This document shows positions 39,751-51,048 of a stretch of 64,000 nt of DNA, in pieces; within the stretch, counting starts at the first letter, position 1, and every line of letters begins with the position of its first letter. This stretch comes from a virus. Its lineage: Duplodnaviria; Caudoviricetes. The stretch lies in IMG/VR virus record IMGVR_UViG_3300043120_000039, positions 32,001-96,000 of that record. The stretch is one strand, 5' to 3'. The notes beneath the pieces were generated by a model. That model saw nothing but the letters and a program-made list of their open reading frames with translations. It did no database searches and was not told where the DNA came from. Position numbers and translations under genes: made by a program.

Positions 39751-40068
39751 ATGACAGAACAAAATAACACACAAGTATCAATCATTCCAAAATCAGATGA
39801 AGCTCGTGAAAAGTTTTATGCACGTTGCAATGAATGGATTGGATTGCAATATCAGATTGAATCAGCACAGGAGGCTCAGAAAGAGTTGATGAATCTTATT
39901 GCAGATGATTTTGTAGAAGCTAATCCTGATGTTAAAAAGGGTGATGTTAAGAAACGTACAGGTTTGATGATTAAAGAGTTTCTCGAAGGTAAGGCTACAG
40001 CAGAAGCACAACTTTGTGACGATGTTCTTGGTGACTATTCAATTGCACAGAAATTCTTGAAAGGGTAA
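39751..40068 (+). CDS. small helical DNA-binding-like protein (DsbA/GapR-like)
   Basis: helical pattern Q.ESAQEAQKEL; strong SD; assignment tentative. Confidence 0.4.
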   Translation: MTEQNNTQVSIIPKSDEAREKFYARCNEWIGLQYQIESAQEAQKELMNLIADDFVEANPDVKKGDVKKRTGLMIKEFLEGKATAEAQLCDDVLGDYSIAQKFLKG

Positions 40069-40073
40069 TATTT

Positions 40074-40298
40074 ATGACACTAAATGAACTAATGGATGAA
40101 CTACAAGATTTGAAAGATTCAGGTGTAAGTGGTGGAACTGAAGTACGAGTTTATGCAGATCATGGACAAATGAGTATGACTTGTGGTGGAGCTGGAATCT
40201 CTTATATTGAAGAGGAAGGTTACAGTGTGGAGAGTATTCACCCTGATGACTTAGAGGACTATCCTGATGCAATTAAAGTTGTAGAGGTTTGGGGATAA
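40074..40298 (+). CDS. hypothetical protein
   Basis: MTLNELMDELQ-type small phage ORF. Confidence 0.6.
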   Translation: MTLNELMDELQDLKDSGVSGGTEVRVYADHGQMSMTCGGAGISYIEEEGYSVESIHPDDLEDYPDAIKVVEVWG

Positions 40299-40596
40299 TT
40301 TTATAGGATTATATTCCTAATAATGTGATATTGTTGGGAATATAATCCATGTTTTGGTGGAGATTAAGTTCTCCCATTTTGGTAATAACTTATTCCAAAA
40401 GGTTATTTCACAAAACAATGATTTCCTGAGAAAATAGAATATTACCTTTGATAAAGGAGAATAACTTTGACAGAAGAAGTAATAATTCTCAGGATAGATG
40501 AAATTATGGAGAAGATTGTCTCTGACCAAACAGGGACTTTCCTGCACATAGAGAAAACTATTCTGAGGGAGTGGATTGAGGATGTATTGATGGAGA

Positions 40597-41361
40597 TTGT
40601 GGATGGATGATGTAGAAGTATTATACGATGGAGATTTAATAACACGTAAGGAAGCCTTTAATAGTAATGGGGTATATTATTTTACAGGGAAGCCTTGCAA
40701 GTACAACCATATAGATAGAAGAGAGGTATGCTCTGGGCAATGTGTTAGATGTAAGCGGTTGAGAACTAGTCGGTATAGGAATGAAGGTTCCGTCGATAAG
40801 CCCATAAAACCAACACCCTCTGTAGAGAGGCTTATCTACCTCTTTAATTTTGATTTGGATAAAGGTATTATTTATTACAAAGAACGTCCAAAAACCTACT
40901 TTAAAGATCTACGAGCATATAAAGCTTACAATACAAGATTTCTTGGAAAGCAAGCCGGAAGTTTGCAGAAGTCTGTAGGTTATAGGGAAATACGTATTGA
41001 CGGAGAGTTGTTCAGGGAACACAGAGTTTTGTGGAAAGTTGCTTATGGGAAAGATGCTGATAGTCTTATAGATCATATAAACGGAATAAAAGAAGATAAT
41101 CGCCTCACAAATCTCAGAGAAGGCACTAACCAAGAGAATAGTGCCAACAAAACCCCCAGTAGGAATCATACAAGTTACAAAGGTGTTACGTATCGTAAAG
41201 GTAAGTGGGATGTAACTATATCCAAAGATAACGGAGAAACGATTGCTCGTAAGTCTTTTAATTCTGAAATAGAAGCTGCAAAATATTATAACAAAAAGGC
41301 TAGAGAATTCTTTGGTGATTTTGCAAAACTTAACATTATAGAGGAAAATGATGACAAATAA
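40597..41361 (+). CDS. HNH homing endonuclease with AP2-like C-terminus
   Basis: YFTGKPC, HRVLW, IDHING...DNRL.NLR...N, YKGV, EAAKYYN. Confidence 0.9.
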   Translation: MWMDDVEVLYDGDLITRKEAFNSNGVYYFTGKPCKYNHIDRREVCSGQCVRCKRLRTSRYRNEGSVDKPIKPTPSVERLIYLFNFDLDKGIIYYKERPKTYFKDLRAYKAYNTRFLGKQAGSLQKSVGYREIRIDGELFREHRVLWKVAYGKDADSLIDHINGIKEDNRLTNLREGTNQENSANKTPSRNHTSYKGVTYRKGKWDVTISKDNGETIARKSFNSEIEAAKYYNKKAREFFGDFAKLNIIEENDDK

Positions 41362-42880
41362 ATTTTCAATGAGTTTCAAACCTTCGGGACAGGTTGTTGA
41401 TAGTGGTGAATTAGACCAGAAGAAAGAGTTTATTCGTGATGAAAGTGATAATAAGTTATTTTCAAATATTCAGGTTGATGATATAAAGTCCGTCACCGAT
41501 GAGAACACAGAATGGTATCTTGATGGAGACGGGATCGTCTGGAAGTCATGTTCTTCTGTAGAAAGCCTATACCTTGAAGTGACAAACCTTGTAACAAAAG
41601 AGACCTTTGAGATTGAAAATATAACAAAATTTAAAGGTTCAACAAAAGAGATTTCCGAAAACTCATGGTTAGGTACTGAGAATGTTAAAAGATTAGCTAA
41701 AGGTTTAGAACCATATACTGTGGACGATTTTGAAATCAAGCAGAAATCAAGATTGAATTATAGTTCCGAGGATAAAGCTTTTGAACAAGTTCAGATCATG
41801 ATTAGAACTAAACTTAAAAACCTAAGACAACAGTTCCTGATTGATAATATTAGATTCTGTATTGGGGAAGGTAAATGTTTCAGGAATGATGTACCTACTG
41901 TAGAACCTTATAAGGGTCAACGCTCCGAACTCAGACCAATCTTACTAAAGAGGACAAGAGATTGGGTTATTAAAGATTTAAATGGCTTATTAGCACCACA
42001 AGGTTACGAAAATGATGACTTCGTAGAGTGGCATGGGGCTGAGGGGTTTAAGAATTTTAAGAAGACTAATATCTTCACAAAAGGGGTCATAGCTGAAGAT
42101 AAGGACGCACTATCAAACGCAAAGTTGTTGATATCGTTCGGGGTACATACTGGAGAAGACAACCCTAATAAAGGTAAATTTAAATTCCCAAAACCTTGGT
42201 TGATTGGTGACACGTCAATGTCTGTTGGGGAAATAGATCTAGTAGTGAAAGGGGTTAAAAATCCTAAAAAGGAATGTAAAGCCACAGGACTTAAGTGGTT
42301 GATTTTACAGGCATTTTTCTTAGGTGATACCTCAGATCATTATAAACCATTACAACATTTACGAGAATATAAGACCAATTATGGTGATGTTCAGGCATAT
42401 AATGATTTTGTAAGTCTAAAAACACCACAGGAAGTCTTACAAAAAGCGGTAGACCTATATGCAGAAATGTTCCCATATGGTATTACATACACTGACCACA
42501 AAGGGGTGCTTCATGACGTACCAACTATTGAATATATGAACACGTATTTTAAAGTTGCTTATATGACTAGATCTCCTTCTGATCCGACAGATTTTTATGT
42601 GTTATGTAAAGCTTTCAATGTTGATACAAGTAAAATCACCAACAACAATCTTTACTATCCACCACAAAAAGTATATGTTGGCAATGAAGAACATTCTCAA
42701 GAAGTTATGTCTCTTGTAGAAAGCATTCTCAAAGATGACCTCAAAGGTTTCAAAACTTTGAAAAAGGCTGATGCTGCAGAACGGATTGATATTATCAAAG
42801 CGAAGCTTGAATCAATTAATTTTGATAGTCATTATGAAATGCAGCAAAAACGCAAGGAACATTTGGAGGTAAGTGAATGA
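41348..42880 (+). CDS. 5'-3' exonuclease (FEN/T7 gp6-like)
   Basis: LDGDG, YKGQR, ENDD, DKD, GDTSD. Confidence 0.8.
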   Translation: MMTNKFSMSFKPSGQVVDSGELDQKKEFIRDESDNKLFSNIQVDDIKSVTDENTEWYLDGDGIVWKSCSSVESLYLEVTNLVTKETFEIENITKFKGSTKEISENSWLGTENVKRLAKGLEPYTVDDFEIKQKSRLNYSSEDKAFEQVQIMIRTKLKNLRQQFLIDNIRFCIGEGKCFRNDVPTVEPYKGQRSELRPILLKRTRDWVIKDLNGLLAPQGYENDDFVEWHGAEGFKNFKKTNIFTKGVIAEDKDALSNAKLLISFGVHTGEDNPNKGKFKFPKPWLIGDTSMSVGEIDLVVKGVKNPKKECKATGLKWLILQAFFLGDTSDHYKPLQHLREYKTNYGDVQAYNDFVSLKTPQEVLQKAVDLYAEMFPYGITYTDHKGVLHDVPTIEYMNTYFKVAYMTRSPSDPTDFYVLCKAFNVDTSKITNNNLYYPPQKVYVGNEEHSQEVMSLVESILKDDLKGFKTLKKADAAERIDIIKAKLESINFDSHYEMQQKRKEHLEVSE

Positions 42881-42978
42881 CCAAAATACTGGGTATTGAC
42901 CAATCATTATCTAAATGTGCTTTTGTTCAGATGGTTGATGGCCTTATACGGAGGTATTATGAGGAAATTCCCCAATAG
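42877..42978 (+). pseudogene. remnant N-terminus of a RuvC-like gene
   Basis: MTKILGIDQSLSKCAFVQMVDG with GGAGG SD and ATGA overlap, truncated by the HNH gene. Confidence 0.7.
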
Positions 42979-43906
42979 AAAGGCAAGAGATCTTTATTTT
43001 AGAAACCGAAACCATGTTTTAGGTAAACTGTTCCCAACTAAAGGAGGGCATGTCTTTGTAGTTAGTGAATATATAACTAATAGTGTAATACATGGAAATT
43101 TCTTAGGGTCTACAGTAAAAGTAACAACAACATTACGTAATCTTAATAATGGATTGATAAAACATCCTTGCGAAAAACAAATGGTATTAGAAGGTACTAT
43201 TAATTGTAGCAAGAAATATGGGGAGATGTATCTTGAAAATTATGTCACCAGTTCTATTGTGTTTGTAAGATTTTTAAATACAGGTAGTACTACAAAAACT
43301 ACGTTTAAAGCGTTTAGATCTGGTAATGTCAAGGATTATGAAGCTCCAACTGTTTATGGAAAAGGTATTTTAGGTTCAGGGGAATTCAAATTATCAAAAG
43401 ACCCATCTGATATTGTAAATATCGCATACAAAAAGTGGAGTGCCATGTTAAGAAGAGTATATGTTTCTGACCATATACACAAAGACCCTACATACAAAGA
43501 TTGTGTGGTAGATGCGATATGGTTGAATTTTCAGAACTTTGCAAAATGGTATACAGATTCTTGTGTAGATACTACTTATGAACTTGATAAAGATTTATTA
43601 TTTAAAGGTAATAAATTATACTCACCCTACACATGTACACTCTTACCAAAAGAGATAAATACTACCTTAACCAAGAATGATAAAAACAGAAGTGATTATG
43701 GTATCGGTGTAGGCTTAAGAGAAAATGGTACATATAGATCTAATAGTAAACTTAGTAACTACTATAAAAGTAGAGATCAAGCATTTTTGGAATACAAGCT
43801 ATGTAAGGAAGGTAGATTACAGAAGTTGGCAGAAAAATATAAAGACACTTTAAGTAAAGATGCTTATATAGCTTTATATGATTATAAAGTACTAATGGGG
43901 GATTAA
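42959..43906 (+). CDS. free-standing HNH-type homing endonuclease
   Basis: W.AMLRRVY, W.NFQNF..W, LDKDLL..GNK.YSP.TC; ATG 42959 after GGAGG. Confidence 0.85.
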   Translation: MRKFPNRKARDLYFRNRNHVLGKLFPTKGGHVFVVSEYITNSVIHGNFLGSTVKVTTTLRNLNNGLIKHPCEKQMVLEGTINCSKKYGEMYLENYVTSSIVFVRFLNTGSTTKTTFKAFRSGNVKDYEAPTVYGKGILGSGEFKLSKDPSDIVNIAYKKWSAMLRRVYVSDHIHKDPTYKDCVVDAIWLNFQNFAKWYTDSCVDTTYELDKDLLFKGNKLYSPYTCTLLPKEINTTLTKNDKNRSDYGIGVGLRENGTYRSNSKLSNYYKSRDQAFLEYKLCKEGRLQKLAEKYKDTLSKDAYIALYDYKVLMGD

Positions 43907-43913
43907 ATTTTTA

Positions 43914-44534
43914 ATGATTATATTTGCAAATGACCAATCCTATAGTAATTTTGCGGTTGTTGTCTTCAAAGATGGTATTCCTATTGACAGAGAAGTCTTC
44001 CATACAGGTGGTGTCAACAAGAGTAATGAAGATAAAGTGTTTGGTGAATACTTCCCTACTATGCAACAACAGTTGATGTACCTTATGCACCAATATGAAG
44101 AATTCTTCATGAAACATAAACCAGAGAAACTTGTCTTTGAAGGACTTGCCTTTGGTGCAAAAGGTGATAGAGTTTTTCAACTTGGTGGATTGTTTTACCA
44201 CATTACAACAACTCTTTGTGAGAAAGGTTTGATTTTACCAGAAGATATTATCACTGTTACACCAACAGAAGTTAAATCTATTGCACGAGAAGATTTGATT
44301 GGTGATGAACAGTATGCTTCTGACAAGAACGGTATTATTTACCTCAAGAGTAAGAAACCTAAGCTCAATCCGATGAAAGAGAAAAAGTGGGTGAAGAAAG
44401 CTCTGTGTAATACTCAAGATGCTTGGTTGGTAGATGGTTATACAACTTCATCAAAGAGTAAACCAACTGGTGCACATGATATCCCTGATGCATATTATAT
44501 TGGTAAAGCTTATCTAAGGAAGGTTAATGCCTAA
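43914..44534 (+). CDS. RuvC-like Holliday junction resolvase
   Basis: ANDQS, VFEG.AF, P.EVK, DIPDAY. Confidence 0.82.
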   Translation: MIIFANDQSYSNFAVVVFKDGIPIDREVFHTGGVNKSNEDKVFGEYFPTMQQQLMYLMHQYEEFFMKHKPEKLVFEGLAFGAKGDRVFQLGGLFYHITTTLCEKGLILPEDIITVTPTEVKSIAREDLIGDEQYASDKNGIIYLKSKKPKLNPMKEKKWVKKALCNTQDAWLVDGYTTSSKSKPTGAHDIPDAYYIGKAYLRKVNA

Positions 44535-45078
44535 ACGTAGAAAGAGACGCTCGAAGTCAATAATTCTTGATGATAGAATGTGGGTTAAATCTACGGATGT
44601 GAAGGATGTCAGAGAAGAGAAACTTCGTGAGCAAGGGGGTAACTGTGCTATACACGGTAATCCTCCTGAGAAGCCTGTTCTCGACCATTCTCATATGTTC
44701 TATGAAGATAATTGTGATATTAATCCTTATAATGAACCGGGTCGCTGCAGAGGTGTGCTGGAATCAGCGGTCAACATGTTAGAAGGCCGATATCTGAAAC
44801 TTTATCAAAAAGCACGTATTCAAGAAAAGTATGGAATTTCTTTTCCAGATATGTTGATTAATATGGGAGAATATCTTAAACTGGACAACTCCCAAGAAAA
44901 GTTTCATTATATGTATGTCACTGAGATGCGCAAGAAAGTTAAATATTGGAGGAAAGATTACTTGCTTTTGAGACTCAAAGAAGATTATAATCTTGCGCCA
45001 GATAGTAAAACTTTAATGGAAGATCTTGTTCAAATGTACATGCAATCTTGGGTTTATGACGTGGAGAAAATGTTTTGA
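44527..45078 (+). CDS. endonuclease VII-like protein
   Basis: QGGNCAI, VLDHSH, CRGVL...N..EG. Confidence 0.8.
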   Translation: MPKRRKRRSKSIILDDRMWVKSTDVKDVREEKLREQGGNCAIHGNPPEKPVLDHSHMFYEDNCDINPYNEPGRCRGVLESAVNMLEGRYLKLYQKARIQEKYGISFPDMLINMGEYLKLDNSQEKFHYMYVTEMRKKVKYWRKDYLLLRLKEDYNLAPDSKTLMEDLVQMYMQSWVYDVEKMF

Positions 45079-45471
45079 CAAAAGTTAATAAATATCAAGC
45101 AGTAAAACTTCTGAGTGCTCAGAAAATCTATGATGCTATGCCAGATGAAGACCTTTATCTTGGTAATGGTAAGTATTTGACAATCTATGATATTCTGGCA
45201 GGATTAGATGTTACCAAAGAGGATATTGAATATACAAATAATCTTACTTTTAAAGAACTAGGTTTATTGGATTAAAACAGTTGACAATAATTGTTTCTGT
45301 GTTATTATCAATATTCCTATGACACCAAAAGGAGAACTTTATGTACTGGCTAAAACGTTTATGGAAAAGATTGTTGTGTAGTCATTCAAATACACACTAT
45401 ACAGAAACAGAATGCTTTCATGTAACTACTTGTCAAGATTGTGGTCATCAACACCTTGAACGGAAGATTAG

Positions 45472-46029
45472 ATGATGCGTAAATTAAAGAATAAACTCAA
45501 GCAGAGACTTGTGCCACACTTCGATAAAGCATTAGACTTTTCAATGCCAATGTTGCTTGGAACACTTGTTGCTTCTGCAATCTTGGTAAGTTGTGATGCA
45601 AAGAGTAGTGAGGTTGAGAATGTTCACGATATCATGAAAGCTGATGTTGGTGACAGAACTTGCCTTGTGATGAATCTTTACCATGAAAGTCGCAGTGACT
45701 CTGATATGGCAAACATTATGGTTCTCAATAGTGTGTTCAATCGTGTTAAATCTAAGAACTTTCCAAATACACCTTGTGAGGTAATTAAACAGAAATTTCA
45801 GTATTCGTGGTCATCGGATGGTCGTGATGATTTAATGAAAGATAAACATCAAATTAAGAGATTAACTAAACTTGTAGATAAGTACATTCTTAATAAAGAG
45901 TTGTTTCTTTCGTTGTCACAAGGGGTGGATCACTATCATCATGTGAACATCACTCCAGAGTGGAGCACTTCATCAAGGATGAAGAAGGTTACTACAATTG
46001 ATAACCACACATTTTATAAGAGGAAATAG
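45472..46029 (+). CDS. cell wall hydrolase (SleB/Hydrolase_2)
   Basis: CL..NLYHESR, NRV....FPNT.C.V..Q..QYSW, IDNH.FY. Confidence 0.88.
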   Translation: MMRKLKNKLKQRLVPHFDKALDFSMPMLLGTLVASAILVSCDAKSSEVENVHDIMKADVGDRTCLVMNLYHESRSDSDMANIMVLNSVFNRVKSKNFPNTPCEVIKQKFQYSWSSDGRDDLMKDKHQIKRLTKLVDKYILNKELFLSLSQGVDHYHHVNITPEWSTSSRMKKVTTIDNHTFYKRK

Positions 46030-46035
46030 AGTTTT

Positions 46036-46658
46036 ATGTTAGAGATTGAAGATGTAAAGATGATTGATTCTTTTGATTTGGATAAGCTAGTGGTTGCCAC
46101 GTATGGTAGACCATATTGCTTTCAACAACAAGACGATTGTAAACCAAGAGGTATCCATCGAGTAAGTGTTCCTCCAAAATATGTACACGATTACCCAAAC
46201 GATACCTTACCAGAGATTGTAAATCACCATAAAATGGTGGTTTCTTTTAAGGCTTGGTTGGAACGTAACCCTAACCAACCACTAAAGTCTGAATTGGATG
46301 AGAGAGATGATAAATTTGGTATTGAATTATGGTGGCAGCGAAACTTCTACCCTAGCTCCTCCATGATTTTACAGGATCTTCATAGCAAGGGATTAATCCC
46401 AGAAGGTAAATATATTATTAATATTGATTGGTAAGGAGAACTTTCTTGAACAACCCTAAAGATTATTGGTTCCATCCCACACCTCGTATCAATGGATTCA
46501 TTTACATTAAAGATGGAGAAGGTCGATTTGTCACAATCAACCATAAATTGAAGAAATTTAAAACTGTAACCAAAGCTGCACAGTTTATTTATAAACTTGA
46601 ATATGCGCGAAATGTTAAGCTTCGTGAAGAGAAGAAGTTACTTGAGAAAGGAGAGTAG
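46036..46658 (+). CDS. two hypothetical ORFs (46036-46434, 46428-46658)
   Basis: ORFs in operon. Confidence 0.55.
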
Positions 46659-46659
46659 T

Positions 46660-47634
46660 TTGTCAAAATATACACAAGAGCAAGTTGATAAAATCATTGA
46701 ACTTCATTTACAGGGAGTTTCATCTCGTAAGATTTGTCGTGAATTAGGGATTTCTGAGAAGAAGAAATCTAGTGTAAATTATATCCTTTCTGATTGGCGG
46801 GAAGGTAAGGTGAAGTATAGTAAGAGTGATACAACTTTAAAAACTCTACATCCTAAAGTGCTTCTGATCGATCTGGAAACTGCCCCATGTACTTTATATG
46901 GGTGGTCTTTATGGAATCAGAACTTTGGACTTAATCAAATTGAGAGTGAATGGTATATTCTTAGCTACTCAGCGAAATGGCTTGGTTCCGACGATGTGAT
47001 GTATAAAGACTTAAAAGGTAAGGTAAATACCGAAGATGATTCAGAGTTACTACATGACCTTTGGTGCCTTATGGATGAAGCAGAGGTGGTTGTCGGTCAA
47101 AACCATCGACGATTTGACATCAAGAAACTTAATGCTCGTCTGATTATGAATGGATACAAACCATACTCTCCTGTTAAAACAGAAGATACTCTTGATATTG
47201 CTAAACGTAAGTTTGGGTTCACGTCTAATAAGCTTGAATGGATGACTGATAAGCTTTGTGTTGAATTTAAGAAACAGACACATGGGAGTTTCGCTGGTTT
47301 TGAACTTTGGAAGCAATGTATGCTTGAGAATGAAGAAGCTTGGGAAGAAATGAGAGTTTATAACATCTATGATGTATTATCTTTAGAGGAATTGTGGTTA
47401 AAACTACGTGCTTGGGATGATCGTTCTGTAAACTATGCACTCTACTTGGATGATACACACACACGTTGCACATGTGGCTCTACACATCTTGTTGAAGATG
47501 GTTATGCTTATACATCACTGAGTAAATTCCAACAGTATCGTTGTCAAGATTGTGGGAGTTTTGTTCGGGGACGTGTTAATTTGTTTTCTAAAGATAAACG
47601 TGCAAGTTTACTTATGAATGTAACTAATCGGTGA
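46660..47634 (+). CDS. DnaQ/RNase H-like 3'-5' exonuclease with N-terminal HTH and C-terminal zinc ribbon
   Basis: IDLET, N...FD, SNKL, YN..DV, CTCG..CQDCG. Confidence 0.85.
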   Translation: MSKYTQEQVDKIIELHLQGVSSRKICRELGISEKKKSSVNYILSDWREGKVKYSKSDTTLKTLHPKVLLIDLETAPCTLYGWSLWNQNFGLNQIESEWYILSYSAKWLGSDDVMYKDLKGKVNTEDDSELLHDLWCLMDEAEVVVGQNHRRFDIKKLNARLIMNGYKPYSPVKTEDTLDIAKRKFGFTSNKLEWMTDKLCVEFKKQTHGSFAGFELWKQCMLENEEAWEEMRVYNIYDVLSLEELWLKLRAWDDRSVNYALYLDDTHTRCTCGSTHLVEDGYAYTSLSKFQQYRCQDCGSFVRGRVNLFSKDKRASLLMNVTNR

Positions 47635-48141
47635 TTTAACATGAAAGAAACCAAAGCCTTAATTGAGCATCTTTTCACACAACAAGGATTACCTATTCCA
47701 CAAAGTGAAGAAGATATTTATCAACCTAAACTTGTCCCACATCTTATGTGCATTTTAGCAGATTTGTGTGAAGCAAGTGGTGTTTATCAGAAAGAGGATA
47801 AGCCTCTAGAGTAAGTATGGTTGAATTATTAATACTCTACATCATAATCACAATTGTTATTGGAAAATTCTTGCATTATTTGACAACTAAACCATTGACA
47901 AAATGTGATTATGTGGTAATATTGACTGTAGCTAATGGAATAGCTATTTTAATAACAGGGTTGTTTTGGTTGAGTAAGATTATAATTTAGAAAGGAGAAT
48001 GATAATGGCAAAGAATAAACAGCGTAAAAGTGTTAAAGAAATGTCGCTTGAAGCATTGCGTTCCGAATTGAAGAATGCATCTGGTTCACGAAAGTCTCAA
48101 ATTGTGAATGAAATTAATCGTCGTGTGAAGTGAGGTGATTC

Positions 48142-48981
48142 TTGCTTAAATACGAAGAAGATTACCTAAAACTTTGTCATCGGGTGCTTGATGAAGGTGA
48201 ATGGCTTTATAACGAACGCACAGGTAAAAAGTGTCTTACAGTAATTAATCACGATTTTGTTTACGATGTAGCTAAAGGTGAAGTCCCACTTCTTACTACA
48301 AAGCAATGTTTCACAGTGTCAGCTATTGCAGAAATCATTGGTTACCTTCGCAAATATACAAATGCACAAGACTTTGCGAATATTGGCTCTCCAACATGGT
48401 TCTCAAATGCCAACAAAAATACGAGCTGGAATAATAACCCACACCGTAAAGGAGAGAATGATTTAGGTTTAGTGTATGGAGCTGTTACAGGTGATACTCT
48501 TGAGAAGATATACAACAACCTAAGCAAAGGTATTGATGATCGCGGTGAAATCTATCAGATGTGGAAGCCAGAAATTTTTGAATATGGTTGTTTACGTCCA
48601 TGTGCATTTGAACATATCTGGAGTCTTGTGAAGGGTAAACTAAGTTTAACTGTTACTCAACGCAGCGGAGATTTACCATTGGGCGTACCGTTTAATAGTC
48701 TAAGTTTTATGTTCCTACTAAAACTCATGGCTAAGATTACAGGTAATATCCCTGATAAGGTTTATCATAAAATTATCAATTGCCATATTTATGAAGACCA
48801 GATTGAACCTTTAAAAGAACAGTTGTCACGCACACCATTAGATATTCATCCAGAACTTAAGATTAATGGCTGGGTAGAACACCTAGAGGATGTTACCAAA
48901 AGTAATTGTCATGCAAGAGAATACTTTACTTTGACAGGATATGAACACTTAGGTAAGATTGTGTTTCCTTTTAGTGAGTAG
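48142..48981 (+). CDS. thyA: thymidylate synthase
   Basis: RTG, PLLTTK, LRPC, QRSGD.PLGVPFN, HIY. Confidence 0.95.
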   Translation: MLKYEEDYLKLCHRVLDEGEWLYNERTGKKCLTVINHDFVYDVAKGEVPLLTTKQCFTVSAIAEIIGYLRKYTNAQDFANIGSPTWFSNANKNTSWNNNPHRKGENDLGLVYGAVTGDTLEKIYNNLSKGIDDRGEIYQMWKPEIFEYGCLRPCAFEHIWSLVKGKLSLTVTQRSGDLPLGVPFNSLSFMFLLKLMAKITGNIPDKVYHKIINCHIYEDQIEPLKEQLSRTPLDIHPELKINGWVEHLEDVTKSNCHAREYFTLTGYEHLGKIVFPFSE

Positions 48982-48989
48982 GAGTTTCC

Positions 48990-49478
48990 ATGATTAAAAT
49001 GATTTTGGCAACAGATATCAATGGAGGGTTAGGTTATGAAAACTCATTACCTTGGCACATTCCAGAAGATTTAAAATACTTTAGAGATATCACACAAGGT
49101 AAAACTGTTGTCATGGGGCGTAAGACTTTTGAAAGTTTACCCTTTAAGAATGGGTTACCTAACAGATTAAACTGGATTATCTCTCATAATAAAAAGGCAG
49201 CAGGTATTGGGAATATTGTCACAGATGTGTCAGCATGGGAATCCCATTCGGAATACTTAAATCGTGTTAGAGGTAATATTTGGATTATTGGTGGAAAATC
49301 AATCTATGAACAACTCTTCCCATTTGTAGAGGAAGTTCATCACACTAAGATCAATGCTTCTTATGGATGTGATACTTTTATTGATACAAACCTTTGGGAA
49401 AATAATCCTGATTTTAAGGTTGTAGAAACTGTACCACTATGTGATAATGTCGGTGTTAATATTTGGAGGAAAGTATAG
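48990..49478 (+). CDS. folA: dihydrofolate reductase
   Basis: LPWHIPEDL, VMGRKTFESL, LPNR, IIGG, CDTF. Confidence 0.95.
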   Translation: MIKMILATDINGGLGYENSLPWHIPEDLKYFRDITQGKTVVMGRKTFESLPFKNGLPNRLNWIISHNKKAAGIGNIVTDVSAWESHSEYLNRVRGNIWIIGGKSIYEQLFPFVEEVHHTKINASYGCDTFIDTNLWENNPDFKVVETVPLCDNVGVNIWRKV

Positions 49479-50084
49479 TTGAATAAAGATTTAATGTTTT
49501 CATCACAAAATCAACAATGGGGCACTCGATGGAAGACGTTTTATAGTATCCAAGAACAGTTAGGACGTAAATATAATCTCGACCCTTGCGCATTGCCTGA
49601 AACAGCAAAATGTAATATGTACATCACACCAGAAATGGACATGTTCTCTTACGAAACTTTAGAAGGTTTCCAAACAGCACTCGGTGAACCTATTCAAATG
49701 TTTGTTAACCCTGAGTATGGTCGTAATCAAAAGAAATTTATCGAGAAAGTTGTTGATTGGTGTGAATATGATGGTGTTATTGCGGATGTATTGATCCCAT
49801 CTAGGACAGATACAGAACTATACCACGACATTATATTAAACAAAGCCACATCTATCCGATTCGTAAAAGGTCGTATTACTTTCGGTATGGATGAGTATTG
49901 GGAGTGGCTTTGGGAACAAGAGATTGTTTACGGTAAGAAGAACAGTCTGTATGGTAAACACGGTAAGCTTAATCCAGCACCTTTTCCCTCAATGATTGTA
50001 AGTTTTGGAGAGACTAAACCTTTTGAATATGGTTCTATTGTTCTACCAAAGGAGAAGTATAAGGAGAATAAATGTCAGATGTAA
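49479..50084 (+). CDS. phage N6-adenine DNA methyltransferase (Dam-like phage family)
   Basis: MFSS....W.T, LDPCA, NPEY, PSRTDT, KGRI.F, APFPS. Confidence 0.85.
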   Translation: MNKDLMFSSQNQQWGTRWKTFYSIQEQLGRKYNLDPCALPETAKCNMYITPEMDMFSYETLEGFQTALGEPIQMFVNPEYGRNQKKFIEKVVDWCEYDGVIADVLIPSRTDTELYHDIILNKATSIRFVKGRITFGMDEYWEWLWEQEIVYGKKNSLYGKHGKLNPAPFPSMIVSFGETKPFEYGSIVLPKEKYKENKCQM

Positions 50085-51036
50085 AACAACAATATTTTGC
50101 TAATCTAGAAAAGCAAATGATGAAGAATCTCCAAATTGGGATGTATAACTATCTTGGTTTAGATGAAGAAGCTATCTCAGAAATGGATGAACTTTTAAAA
50201 GAGCATGATTTTGTTAAAGAAGTATTTGCTAATTCATACAAAGTTACTTTTGAAGACAGTATGCTAGACCAATTGATGGAGGAATCTGTTAAATTCGAAA
50301 CCCTCATGAAGAAGTGCTATGAAGATTGTAACATTACCCCAGAAATCTTGGAACAACGGGTTTCTGATGCGATGCAACGCTTCCTCGATGATTTTCATGA
50401 ACCTATTTATAAAATCGTTGAATCCTCTGCAAACCGTCAAGGCTTTATTCAGGAGTAGTATATGCAATTAGCAGCAATTTCACTGGAAACACTTAATCAA
50501 TGGATGGAACGGTATACTACTCTGAAAGGTGAAGAACTTACCCAAAAGCAAGCACTTTTTCTGATAGGGTTTGATATTACAAAGAAGATTGAAACTCGGA
50601 TGCAATTGTTCCGTTGTCAAAAAACACCTAGTAAAGTTAAAGAAGGTTTGGTCATAAAGGGCTATCTTCGAAACAGAGTAAAATCTCTTGACGAAAAAGG
50701 TAAGATTGTTTATACTAATATTCCACATCCACTATCTAAACTTTATGAAGAATGTGCTGTTGTGACAGGTAATGCACATCTTACAAATTTGATTGATATT
50801 CTGGAAGTGGGTGATTATGACCCAAACAATCCTAAATCTAGAAAGGTGATTTAATGAAAGAAGAAATTAATACAGAAGATTTGACTCGCCTTGGATTGAC
50901 AGATGTAGATTATACTAAGAAATCTGATGCAGAGTTATTTGGATATAAAAATATTGAATGGGAAGGTTATCTTGATTTTCAACGTTGGAAGAATGATGAA
51001 GAATATGATAACTTTTGCGAATCAGTACGAGATTAA
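50072..51036 (+). CDS. three hypothetical ORFs (50072-50458, 50462-50854, 50854-51036)
   Basis: packed co-oriented ORFs. Confidence 0.55.
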
Positions 51037-51048
51037 CAGGGGGTTATT

